Assembly: GCF_006345805.1 (NCBI RefSeq)
Contig: NC_042998.1
Span: forward strand, 17,732,001 to 17,796,000
Direction: 5' to 3'
Length of the DNA: 64,000 nt
Source of the DNA: Octopus sinensis
Taxonomy: Eukaryota
Shown: in pieces, positions 1 to 12,250 of the stretch
Numbering within the stretch: position 1 is the first letter of the stretch
Layout: the number at the start of each line of letters is the position of its first letter
Made by a program: the position numbers and the translations under genes
The notes under the pieces: model-generated
Databases searched by the model: none
What the model saw: the letters and a program-made list of their open reading frames with translations, nothing else
What the model was told of the DNA's origin: nothing

Positions 1-109
1 ACTAACCATCCATAATTCCCGGGAGTTTGATGTCATTAGCACACAGACTTGTCTCGTACTATACGTCTCTCTCTACATGTATGTGTATATGTGTGTGTGC
101 ACATATATG

Positions 110-126
110 CATATATATACATATAT

Positions 127-214
<88 letters not shown>

Positions 215-215
215 A

Positions 216-299
<84 letters not shown>

Positions 300-303
300 A
301 TAT
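110..303. repeat. (TA)n microsatellite
   Basis: Long TA dinucleotide run with a few TAA/TTA interruptions; source of the YI-repeat ORFs. Confidence 0.97.
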
Positions 304-644
304 AAGGTGCTCTGTGTATTTGTCTATTTGTCTTTATGTTCATATATGTCACTGTGTGTGTTTAGGTGGTGCTTAGTCATGGTGAGTGTAGATGTTATAT
401 ATACATGAATGTGTGTTTGGACTGAATACATTATATGTTAAGTCGTGCTGTGTACACACAAATGCGTATCACCAATTTTATATTAAATCGTTGGGTTTTT
501 CTGAACGGTGTGGTTGATAGAATGTAAAAATGTTAAGATAAATATGAAGATGGTTAGGATAACACTTTCAATATAAACATATAACATCGCAGTCGGGTCA
601 GGTTCAAATAAGTTGTGTTGCGTTGTTAATTGACGATTATTCCC

Positions 645-947
645 CTATTGACATTGATGATGTTTAATCACATGTCGGTTCTTAGAATAAAATGCATTCC
701 GCCCATAATAATTCCATCCCCGTTTTAAAACACAGTGTGGCCGATACGTATAAAGTAAAACGTGATGCCTTAGATTTTTGAGAATGCAAGCTTGGTCAAC
801 TTGTTTTGATCTTACCTTCGCAATTATCAGTTTCTGGGTTTGATCCATTTTGTAGTTGAGCTTCATTTCATCCGAAAACATTTTAGTAAAATTGTGTTCA
901 TGGAAACAGTATGGAAGGCCGTCGGATAGAGTGTTCCCATAATTCAA
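645..947 (-). mobile_element. Possible decayed Tc1/mariner-family transposase fragment
   Basis: Minus ORF contains KMFSDEMKLNY, resembling the Tc1/Tc3 'FSDEKKFNL' first-Asp motif; the rest is too decayed to confirm. Confidence 0.3.
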
Positions 948-1489
948 ATATCTTGCCTTGTCACATATTTACCATGTTTATTCAGTCTGAGAATGAAAGT
1001 AAGAGTACAAGTGCGTGAGGAACGCTCAGGTGTTTATACAGTAACTTATCCGGTGTGAATTACTGTTAATTATACTGTAATTTACTGTCCAGTAATTTAT
1101 CACAGTAATTTCATCAGCGGAATATTATCATTAGCTTTTTTCCTTATTTTTTTTTTCTTAAGAATATGAGTTTAAAACAATTTGACTGCTATGTATATTT
1201 GATCGATCAAAATTTCTCACTGAAATGCTTATAAAGAAAATAATGGTGATATAAGTGTTGCTCATTGAAAGAATACTGGAATACAATGCATGAAGGTAAA
1301 GGGTGAGTCTCTGAAGGTAGCTCTTCGCTTCATCACGTATTACCTTGAATAATTATCAGTCAACGAAGGAATCATTTTGGCTTGACATGCAAGAAATAAT
1401 AGTTCCATTCTTCTTAAGTAGAATATTATTCCATACAAAATTATATGTAGATATACATTAATTTCTTCCAAATTTGACTGCAGGAATAT

Positions 1490-1520
1490 ATATAATTATA
1501 TATATATATATTATATATAT

Positions 1521-1553
<33 letters not shown>

Positions 1554-1554
1554 G

Positions 1555-1595
<41 letters not shown>

Positions 1596-1712
1596 ATGCA
1601 TACACGTATATACATATATAAACATACATACATACATATACAAACACACATACATATACGTATATATATACATACATACATATATACATACATACATACA
1701 TACATACATACA

Positions 1713-1745
<33 letters not shown>

Positions 1746-1757
1746 CATATATATATA
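1490..1757. repeat. Compound (TA)n/(TACA)n microsatellite
   Basis: Direct reading. Confidence 0.95.
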
Positions 1758-2261
1758 GACATGAATAAGCATTGACAGAATGATCACAGTTCAAACACAC
1801 CTAGACATCGATCGGCACAGTCAGACATGACAGCAGCGAAATCAAATATCTAATTAAATCTAACAATTTTAGACCTCGGAGGGATTTCGTATCGCCAAAG
1901 TAGTATTTGAACATAAAATGTCAATATGAAATGTAAAAAGGCACAAAATAATTGTTATACCGTTCAAATACGAATGTTCTTCAAATGATGACTAAATATG
2001 AAAATAGGTATCCGCGTAAAGTACTTGTTATATGGAAATTTCATCTCGTATGTGTTCACAGATTCAATCTAAGCAAGAATACATGTATATTAGTGTGTAT
2101 GCAGATGAAGTAAAGTTATTTTAACCAGCAAGCTTCTACACATAGACGCACAGGAATACACACGAGTAATTTAAACATATACTTGCATAGGTGTATTTAC
2201 CTTCATGTGTACGTATGCACATATATGTATGCATGTATGTATGTATACATATATATATATA

Positions 2262-2983
2262 TTTTTTTGGTTTATGTGGAGGTCGTTCTCCTTTAGCTAA
2301 CTCTCCATAAAAGAGTTGTTTTGGCATCCTTGAATCCTTCATCCTGACCAGATGACCACTCCATCTGAGCCTTTGCTTTAACACAAGAGCTTCTATACTT
2401 TCACACCGAGAGCCTTCCAATATTTCAAGATCACTGATGCGGTCCTTTCACATAATGCAATAGATCCGTCTGAGGCACATCTGATGGAAATATTTCAGTA
2501 GTTTAAGGTGACCCACGTCTCGCAGACATAGAGAAGAGAAAGGAGCACACATGCCTTGTACACCTTTATCTTTGTCTTTCTGCATATGTTTCGCCGACTC
2601 CAGGGGTGCTTTTCTAGCCTTCCGAAAGCAACACTTGCTTTCCTAATTCTATATGGAATTTCATCATCCAAGTTGCTATATCTATTAATAGTGCTTCACA
2701 GGTAGACAAACTGATCAACTACATCAAGTAATTTACCATACACATAGGTATTTGGTACACTATGCTGCTTACCAGGGGCAAGTTGATGCGAGATAATCCT
2801 AAGGCAGTGCAAGCATCAAAGAATGCATTCAAAATGTGTTGCACATCAATCTCTGTGTGTGCTACTAGCTCACAATCATCTGCATACAAAAGGTCCCTTA
2901 TGATAGAGGTAAATACCTTTGTTTTTGCAGCAAGGCGCCTGATATTAAATATGCTGCCAGAGGTTCGATAATGGACGTAAACG
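2262..2983 (-). pseudogene. RTE ORF2 reverse transcriptase C-terminal part (frameshifted, inverted)
   Basis: ORFs 2719-3249(-) and 2136-2420(-): YRTSGSIFNIRRLAAKTKV, YADD, LRWSGHLVRM. Confidence 0.88.
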
Positions 2984-3517
2984 CGGTATAAAAACTTACT
3001 GAAGGCATCCTTAAGAGATGCTTGCATCTCTCCTGACACATGGGAAGGCATAGCTATTGATCGTAGCAGGTGGAGAAGGATTGTGCACGAGGAGACAACC
3101 ACTTTTGAGAAATCTCGAGTTGCACATGAGAAGGTAAGGAGGGATGTCAGGAAGGGCATCGCTGTTACATTTCCAGATGGGAAGGGTCTTCGTTTGATGC
3201 TGACATGCAATGTCTGTGCAAGACCCTGCCTCAGTAAAGCTGGACTCAAGAGTCATCTTCGTAGTTATAAAGCGAGACAGATGAGTGACAACCTGGCCAC
3301 TGGTGGTGGTGTAACACACCATACTAATCATATCTGTCGGGCATGTGGAAGAGAGTGTAATTCGGCAGGAGGATTTAAACGACATGCAAAGGTACATGAA
3401 GCCCAGTTACAACTACAGCCGGCTATTACCGGTAAAGGTTTTAGCTGCCAATTCTGTACAAGACATTGTAGATCTTTTGCTGGGCTAAAAAGTCACATTC
3501 GATCACAGCACCAGTAA
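2984..3517 (+). pseudogene. RTE ORF2 C-terminus with three C2H2-like zinc fingers
   Basis: Frame of ORF 3083-3517 extends upstream to CGG TAT AAA at 2984; contains CNVC..HLRSY, CRAC..HAKVH and CQFC..HIRSQH. Confidence 0.85.
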
Positions 3518-3586
3518 CAGTTAAGCTTCGTGCAATGGCCATACTGGCAGCCATAATAATAATAATAATATATATATATATATATT

Positions 3587-4215
3587 CTGTCACCCGTGTC
3601 GTCTCTCATGGGTGCTACTTATAACACGTAATCAAGTACAATCCGTCTAAAGGCTGGGTCGTCGGAGACAAAGTCATCAATCCCACCAGGCTTGCGGGTG
3701 CAGGGTTCCTAGAAACCCACCATGTCTACAAACATGATCTGTCAAAAGGACGGATGGACCCAGTCTACGTTCAATGACTCTCTAGACTTTAACACAGTCC
3801 CTCACCTGAAAACCATTGGGAATTAGGTTCCCCTCACATTTCGTTAAAGCATGGCTCTAGACGAAGGTAATTCCCATATAAAAGGAGATATGCAGAGAAT
3901 GGCATTCATCATTCGGGAGATCTGCTTGCGCTTGATATATTGGCGACCCCACATTCCTAAGCCTGCAACCCATAGTGTCACAGGAGACCTTGTCCTAGTC
4001 TGTCTTTGGATGACGTCAGTAAGCTAACGAGGACCTCCGCGGAATTGTGCAAGCCAGATTGGACGTAAAACTTTAGGTGTTCAATCACCGGCGAGACGAT
4101 TATGCGATGCCCGGTTGAGTGGGAAAGCACCACAGCGAGCATGGAAGCCGCAGGCGTGAACCCGTGTGTAACTGACTCGGGTAGAATAACCTTTCGCACT
4201 AGCGTTGCTTGTATT
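3587..4215. other. GC-richer non-coding island, possibly a LINE (RTE-like) 5'UTR fragment
   Basis: Higher complexity and GC than the flanks, no convincing ORF; tctagacgaaggtaattcc loosely resembles recalled RTE 5'UTR motifs. Confidence 0.3.
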
Positions 4216-4432
4216 TTACATACGCAAAAGTCAGAGATTGTCTTTCTCAGACACGAGTGAACAGTGGAAAGCCATCATATATATATAAATATTTTAGTAC
4301 ACATTGCTTACATCTGCCTACATTTATTATTTGTATAAAAATTAGTGATTCACTAATTCATCCATAGATTTCTATGGTGCAGACATATATGCTGGCAGTG
4401 ATCTTCGCCTGAGAACATCCCAGTCGGGTTGA

Positions 4433-4485
4433 TCCCACTGAAGAGGCTACGGCAACAAAGACGAAACTGGCCGATCAGTGTGTGA
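4433..4485 (+). ncRNA. Degenerate type I hammerhead ribozyme relic
   Basis: CTGAAGA...GAAA core; stem III ACTG/CAGT; stem II ggct/agac (3 of 4 pairs); stem I partial; cleavage triplet is GUG (non-cleavable). Confidence 0.45.
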
Positions 4486-5296
4486 ATATCTCGACCGCTT
4501 CTTTTCGAGCAATTACGGTCTCTGTCAGTATGTATGTGTACAATTATGTAGTTTGGCTACAGCATTAGAGCGTATAGCTCTTATTCCTAGCAACGTAGGA
4601 GTTTCTAACACGCTGAGTCACATTTAATGACAGTTGTACTTTTCCTCTTTGGTACACATTTCTTACAGCTGCCTACATTATAAGTGTGTGTGTATGTGTG
4701 TGTGTTTCGCCAAAAGAAAACTGATAATCTCCATTATGTCTGTGTACCCTGAGAGGACTTTTAAAACTAAGGTGAACTTGCATGCATTCAAAAATGTCAC
4801 AGATGAGATTCAAAGAGCTTATAACTATCACTTGTGTTAAGGAAATATTATACGTCTTACACGAGTCTTTAAAAATAAAAAAAAAACCCAGATGATGTTA
4901 ACATTAAAAATGGTGGCAAACCATTGTTAGATATGTGTTGTTTTCACCAATTAATGTGACCTAACGGGGCATATATAGCCTAGGAGATATCTGTTAAAAA
5001 GACTGCATTTCTAACTTTTAATTTCTTTTGCTTCATCTATGGTACTTCCCTTTCTCAAAGTACGATTTAGTTGAGCAGGCTGGCGTAATTCACCGGCGAC
5101 ATTTTTTTCATTTCTGTCAGTCGATTTGTTTTCCATGAAATAAACATCTGCACATCTAAATAAAGTTCTTGTACGATATCTTTGGCTTATGTTATACTCG
5201 CTTTTTTCTTTTTCTCTCGCTCTCTTTCTCACGCACACACACAAACACACGCACACACACACACACACACACACTCACACACACTCTGTCTCTCTT

Positions 5297-5343
<47 letters not shown>

Positions 5344-5971
5344 AAGTTGTCACTCACCTGGAATTTATTGCTTGGACGGTCCCCGCTTTACATACAAGCT
5401 GCTCTGCCCATCGAAATTGATTTTGCAATAAGTATGAATCAATCGACAGATAACAAACTCTGTGTGTGTACTTATGTGTCTATGCACGTATGTATGTGTG
5501 TGCTGGAGCATCTATGTATTATGTTATAACTCATTTCGTTTTTTACTATCCTTCTTTGTACTGAAGAATCACCGTCCAACAATTCACAACTCTTTCCGTT
5601 TCGTTTGTTTTCGTTTAATTCATTGACTAGTTCAATATTCCTTATCCTGTGGTCTCACATGGAAGAGTTAATTATTTTCCGTCACCAATTACTTTTTTGA
5701 CAGTTTTAAAAAATTTAGCATACAATTTTTTTGAAATTTTTCGAATACTAGTCATCGTGCTTTGTTGTAATAATAATTAAAACGCTGCAATTAATCTTGT
5801 TGCCCAAATTCTTTATTATTTTGCCTTGACTATACCGATATCTAGAAGCATGTTTATCTAAACCTACCGACACAATAAAACTAACGATACTGCTTTTAAA
5901 TGCATAGAAACTGCCGCAGTCTCATACAACGAACGATAAACGAAGTTTGTGCCAATATTTGGAAGTTTTAG

Positions 5972-6190
5972 GGCGGCGAGCTGGTAGAATCGTTAGCACG
6001 CCGTGTAAGATGCTTAGCAGGATTTTGTCTGTCTTCACGTTATAAGTTCAAATTCCGCTGAGATTGGCTTTCCCTTTCATCATTTCGGAGTCGATAAAAT
6101 AGGTACCAGCTGAACGCTGTGGTCGATGTAATCGATTTAGCCTCCACCTCGAAATTGCTGGCCTTGTGCCCAAATTTGAAACCAATATTT
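5972..6190 (+). mobile_element. tRNA-derived SINE (ggcggcgagctgg family)
   Basis: A-box/B-box-like head (gagttcaaattcc); same family as the copies at 12050, 15271, 24636 and 49073; flanked by ccaatatttggaagttt / ccaatatttgggagctt. Confidence 0.85.
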
Positions 6191-6264
6191 GGGAGCTTTC
6201 CTGTTTCAATCATTAGAATTGATCGTTGCGCATAATCTCTCTCTGTCTCTCTCTTCGTCTCTCT

Positions 6265-6323
<59 letters not shown>

Positions 6324-6325
<2 letters not shown>

Positions 6326-6660
6326 ACGTGGCTCAGTGGTTAGAGCGTCGAGCTTACGATCGTGAGGTTGTGAGCTCGAATCCCGGACCGGGCTGCGTGT
6401 TGAGTTCTTGAGCAAGTCACTTTATTTCACGTTGCTCCAGTTCACTCAGCTGTAGAAATGAGTTGCGACGTCACAGGTGCCAAGCTGTATCGGCCCTTGC
6501 CTTTCCCTTGGACAACATCGGTGACGTGGAGAGGGGAGGCCGGTATGCATGGGCGACTGCTGGTCTTCCATAAAACAACCTTGCCCAGACTTGTGCCTCA
6601 GAGGGTAACTCTCTAGGTGCAAACCCATGGTCAGTGTCTGACCGAAGAGGGTCACCATAC
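6324..6660 (+). mobile_element. tRNA-derived SINE with core domain
   Basis: TGGCTCAGTGG A box and tcgaatccc B box, then a cttgagcaagtcactttatttcacgttgctccag core shared with other SINEs in the window. Confidence 0.85.
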
Positions 6661-7257
6661 AACGTATATATGTATGCTAGGTATGCTAGTAAAACTGTAA
6701 ACATTAAATGGTTCTACATCTCAATATTATTAGAGCGTCAGTAGTTATTACAAACGTAAGTGCAAATAGATGAAAAAAGGAAAGAGGGGGACGATGTGTG
6801 ATTATCAATTGATGTTTACAATCATATCTCTTAATCCTGATCGAGGCTAGCTAACCAGGTTATCAAGCGAAAAAAATGTGTACCTAATAACTTCCACATT
6901 TACAAGAAAGCGCCCTTGTGTATCAAACTAATAAGTGGATGTTTAAATTCAAATTAGACACACAGATCCGTTCCGACATTTCACCAATATCTAAGGTACA
7001 AATGCTGATTTATCCGAGACTTAGCCTGGAGACTGTAATTATTTCTTCCAATTTGAAATTAAGACTAAAGTAAACCGTATTCTACATTGAAGTGGTTAAG
7101 TGGCTATTGATTTCTTCTACGCCATTTTAGATAAACCCTCGCATAGAATTGTACGTATACAGACACGCGCGCGCAAATATTCATACATACATATATACAT
7201 ACAAATATTCATACATACATCTATATATACAAACACACACACACAAATATATATATA

Positions 7258-7314
<57 letters not shown>

Positions 7315-7344
7315 TATATATACGTATATATATATATATATAAG

Positions 7345-7378
<34 letters not shown>

Positions 7379-7424
7379 ATAATATATAATATATATATAT
7401 ATATTATATATATATATAATATAA

Positions 7425-7459
<35 letters not shown>

Positions 7460-7537
7460 TATATATATATATATATAATATTATATATATATTATATATA
7501 TATATAAGTATATATATATATATATATAAGTATATAT

Positions 7538-7585
<48 letters not shown>

Positions 7586-7589
7586 TTAT

Positions 7590-10500
7590 ATCACCAAAAA
7601 TACCAACAGAAAACCAAATAAGAACCACTGCCCTCTTCCCCCCCATCACCACCTCAATACTACTGCAGTAACAAAAACTAAAGAAACATAGGAAGCAGAA
7701 TGCGCCCCCCCCCCCACGGCACAAACAAGAAATCCCCAATGCCGCTATTCACGATTCACTGCGCCAGAGACTCTGCACAAATAGTGACTGCATCTTCACG
7801 CATCTACCCGGCACTAGACGCACTACCGGCCAAGGCCAAAGCACGCATCCCACAATAACATCGACACCCAACAATAGTAATCGAAATTCAAAACACACAC
7901 AACTCGGAGTCCCAAAATCTCCGGTATTCCCAACGTGAGAGAACATGTCTACTGAGTGACTGTCCCTTCACTCATCTTCCAGGGACCCGACGCACAAACA
8001 GAAACGGGGCCTCAAGCCAACACACAAACCTGAATAACAATAAAAATAGAAACACACCATGCTGCAGTAATGCTGGTCCAGTCTTTTCAGGAAGACACAA
8101 AAACAACAAACAAAAGTGGAAACTACAACCCTATCCAACAGTGCAACCACACCTCCAGCCAAAAACTGCTCCCTAAGCAGGAAAATTCTTTTTTAGCCAT
8201 GTTGAACATAGCAAAAGAGATACACAAAAACATTCTAGCCATCACTCAACACCATCCTATGCTATTACCCCAGTGCACCAATTCCCCACATTGCTGCCAC
8301 TAACACACACAAAAAATCCAAGCCCCCTGCAACAGTCAAAACCAGCCACTACACTAACCTCCACATTCCTACTCAATGCACAAGGTGTCAGCCCTTCCAT
8401 CAATGCACAAAAATGGAAGGTCCAATTCATTGAAGACTGGGTTGGTAACCATTCACACCACATCCCTTTCTTCATTCTCACTGAGACCCACCTTGACAAC
8501 TCCCACTTGGAAACGGAAGTGAGAGTGAAGAATTTCACAACCATCCGCGCGGATCGTATCGGCAGGAGGAAGGGTGGAACTGCCATTTTCCTGCATGATT
8601 CATTTACGGCAGATGGAAATAGTATATTCTCCAACGGCTACTGTGAATCAGTCACCGTGCACAACAAAGCCAATGATCTGACAGTAATTGGGCTCTATGG
8701 GCCGCCCCAAACACCCATACTGTGCTTTAAAGAATGCCTCAACAGCATTAAGTGCTTTATTCAACAGTGCCATTCTAGCAACATACTCATGATGGGAGAC
8801 TTCAATCTACCCTGTGTTGACTGGACTACAAACTGTTTGAAACCAAGCACTCCCGCCTCAACCGCTGACAAAGAAGCAGCAGAGTCACTTTTCGACTTTA
8901 CGAATGAGTTTTTCTTGTCCCAACTTGTCCTTGCACCAACAAGACATCAGAACATTTTGGACCTAGTGTTTAGTAACCACACTAACACTATACATAACGT
9001 TACAGTGGAAAAAACCCTTCTTTCAGACCATGACATGGTTCTCTGTAACATGAAATTCCACCAGCCGAAAGCTAATCCTAGTGACCTTCCTCCAGCCCAC
9101 CCATTTGACAACATGGATCTCCATAAAGCCAACTGGGATGCAATCAGGAACGAGCTATCAAATGTTGACTGGTCCTTTACACATACACACATCTCCACCA
9201 ACCATAAAACATCTTGGCAGATCTTTGTAGACACCGTCACAGACATATGTGCAAAACACTCCCCACCAAGACCTGTGAACAAAAAGTGCAGAATCCCCCA
9301 AAACAGAAAAACCATTATCAGAAAAATAAAAAGAACAAACAAAAAAATTAACAAACTAAAGTACTGCCAACAGCAACACACACATTCGACGGCTATCGCA
9401 CTGCGTGAATCCAAAAAATATAACCTCCAACAATGCATGAAGACCCTCATCAATAACCAAAGATCAGCTGAGGAGAAGTGGGCCATTGAAAAAATCAAAC
9501 TCAACCCCAAAGTGTTCTTTTCATTTGCGAGGAAACGCAGGGTCACTGTCTCCACTGTAGGCCCTCTAATTGACGAAACTGGCACTCTCCAAGATAATGC
9601 CAATCCATGGCCGAGATACTGCAGAAACAATACTGCTCTGTTTTCAGCAATCCTGATATGGCCGATCTGGGCTGTATCAGTGATGTCAACCCCCAACACA
9701 CTATATCGGACATAACGTTTAGTGCCCCTGATGTCTTAGCGGCGATAAACGAAATAAAACACAATTCAGCAGTAGGCCCCGATAGGTTCCCTGCTTGTGT
9801 CCTGAAGGTGTGTCGACACCAACTTGCATCTCCCCTTGCTAATCTGTGGAGAAACTCACTGGATGCTGGCTATATTCCAAAAAACCTTCTGTCCCAGTCT
9901 GTTGTCCCAGTTTTCAAAAAGGGAAACAAGTCCCTTGCAGTGAATTACCGTCCGATCTCACTCACCTCTCATATCATCAAGGTATTTGAGAGGGTGGTGA
10001 GATCTCGAATAACCCAATTTCTGGAAAGCAACAGACGGCTGATCTCCAACCAACATGGGTTCCGTAATGGAAGGGACTGCCTAACGCAGCTCCTGCATCA
10101 CTTTGAGGACATTTTGAGAGCTTTGGGAGAGGGCTCCAACACCGATGTCATCTACCTTGATTTCAGTAAGGCCTTCGACAGGGTCGATCACAAGATCCTA
10201 TTGAAAAAACTATCCAACATTGGTGTCTCTGGAAAGTTACTGAAATGGATTAAGTGTTTCCTGACAGACAGATCTCAACATATTGTAGTTGAAGGGGTAA
10301 AATCAAGCCCAGCCAAAGTCAGTAGTGGCGTTCCGCAAGGCACTTCTTTTCATCATTTACATTAATGACATTAATGACATCATCAAGCACAGCAACATAA
10401 AAATCTTTGCAGATGACTCCAAGCTACAGAAGGTCATAAATGAGGCGAGTGACCGGACATGCCTTCAGTCAGATCTACTGGCTGTTATCCAATGGGCAGA

Positions 10501-11384
10501 AAAAAACAATATGCTGCTGAACGAGGATAAATTTGAGCTAATCCACTTTGGAAAAGAGGATGCCCTGAAACTCCCATACTCCCTTCCTTCAGGTGAAACT
10601 CTCGCGGCGTCCAACAACATCAGAGACTTGGGAGTAATTGTGGACAACAACGTAAGCTGGGCCACTCATATAAACACCAAAGTTGACATGGCCCGCAGAA
10701 TGTGTTCCTGGATTCTCAGAACTTTCCAGTCGAGAGATATCCACACCATTATCCTTCTCTTCTCCACTTTTGCCCGACCCCACCTTGAATACTGTTGTCC
10801 ACTGTGGTCTCCCCACACAATACAAGGTATCATAAAAGTTGAAGCTCCTCAAAGGGCAATCACAAAAAAGATAGATGGCATGACAGGCCTCGACTATTGG
10901 GGTCGACTAGAAAAGCTAAAACTCTATTCTCTCCAACGTCGTCGTGAGCGCTACATCATCTGCATGATGTGGAAAATATTCCATCAGCATTGCCCAAATG
11001 ATGTTGACATCACCTTTAAGGTACATCCAAGGCTTGGGCCCCGTGCCATCCGCCCAAAACAAAAATCGCACTCTCATCTCATAACAACAATACGGCACAA
11101 TTATTTCACCTCAATTGGCCCCGCTCTCTTTAACATTACACCAAAACACATTAAAACAGAAACTGACCCTATAGGGTTCAAGAAGTCTTTGGACAGATTC
11201 CTTCAAGAAATCCCGGATAAACCCCCTACACCCGGATATGTCTCTGTAAACAATAACTCTCTACTTGAGTGGGCCATAGTGCCCAAATTCTGACTTGAAA
11301 GACTTCACCAGGTGGTGCTATTAAGTTAGACATGGCCTGGGCCAATAATGGCCGAAACCTATCAAAGTATCAAAGTATCAAAGT
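7590..11384 (+). mobile_element. CR1-type LINE (ORF1 remnant plus frameshifted ORF2), embedded in (TA)n
   Basis: APE and RT motifs in ORF2; 3' GGCC-AATAAT-GGCC stem-loop and (TATCAAAG)3 tail; (TA)n on both sides. Confidence 0.92.
8273..11293 (+). pseudogene. LINE ORF2 (APE endonuclease plus RT), two frameshifts
   Basis: LNAQG, TETHL, GDFNLP, LDLVF, SDH (APE); NYRPISLTS, QHGFR, YLDFSKAFDRVDH, SGVPQG, FADD (RT). Frame change near 9600; small deletion removing 'VLGP' near 10340. Confidence 0.93.
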
Positions 11385-11397
11385 ATATACATATATA

Positions 11398-11464
<67 letters not shown>

Positions 11465-11469
11465 ATATC

Positions 11470-11501
<32 letters not shown>

Positions 11502-11510
11502 ATACTTATA

Positions 11511-11563
<53 letters not shown>

Positions 11564-12049
11564 AACACGGGTGTGTGCATTATCTATATATGTATATAAT
11601 TAAATATGTAATTAAATTCATGTATTAATACGATACATAGACACTCCTTATATCTCATGATGTAAGAACGAGCATTCAAGGAGAGTTTGTAACTTTAGGA
11701 AACGTTGCGGTAAGTGTGATGATGTTTGGTCATTTCTAAACCGCATAAGTGCAGTGAGTATCAACTTATATACTGGATTATACTGGGGTGGTAGACTATG
11801 ATATTTAAATAGCCATAATCGGCATGGTTCATGTGATAAGTCTCATGCAAGCTTTATTGAATTTTAAGAAACTATGTAATCAGTACGGTGTTACATATCC
11901 ATAGATGACTAGGGTTATGTTTATGAATTCGACCGAATTTATTGCCTGGGTATTAGCTTGTATCTGTATTAGTTAATCTCAAAATCGTCTCACTGCTTGT
12001 TACAAAATGTAGGCTGATCGGTCCTTAATCAGATCAATCCTCCGCAAAT

Positions 12050-12250
12050 GGCGTGCTGGCAGAATTGTTACCGCACAGAACGAAATGCTTAGCGGCACTT
12101 CGTTTGTCTTTACGTTATGAGTTCAAATTCCAGTTATTCAACCTTTGGGGTTCGTTAAAATAAACACCAGTTCAACACTTGGGTCGAAGTAACCGACTTT
12201 TCCCCTTCCTTTAAATTGTTCTTTTTATGCAAATATTTGAAACCAATATT
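12050..12250 (+). mobile_element. tRNA-derived SINE, diverged
   Basis: gcgtgctggcagaattg...gagttcaaattcc...tttgaaaccaatatt, homologous to the 5972 copy. Confidence 0.75.

Larger units (their letters stand above)
2262..3586 (+). mobile_element. 5'-truncated RTE-clade LINE with inverted 5' segment and (TAA)n tail
   Basis: Minus segment 2262-2983 encodes RT and post-RT motifs (RDLLYADDCELVAH; LRWSGHLVRMKDSRMPKQLFYGEL...KPKK). Plus segment from 2984 continues RYKNLLKASL...W. Ends in gcagcc(ATA)n then (TA)n. Confidence 0.9.

Noticed and set aside
27-376. YI/IY, MYVC, HT and similar repeat ORFs here and throughout the window
   Set aside because: Translations of TA, TATG and CA microsatellites; not genes
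1040-1122. Minus-strand CTGATGA followed by an AATTACTG/CAGTAATT stem
   Set aside because: No GAAA or stem III follows; at best an unrecognisable relic
3083-3517. Host C2H2 zinc-finger gene
   Set aside because: In frame with RTE ORF2 sequence and followed by the LINE tail
5016-5155. Minus-strand open segment as an exon
   Set aside because: Weak donor (GTTAGA) and no recognisable protein
6324-6400. tRNA-like heads (also at 19314, 34981 and 38295)
   Set aside because: They continue into SINE bodies and lack a full cloverleaf; not tRNA genes
7260-7588. Irregular interruptions within (TA)n as encoded pattern
   Set aside because: Consistent with slippage or long-read consensus noise; no reproducible period
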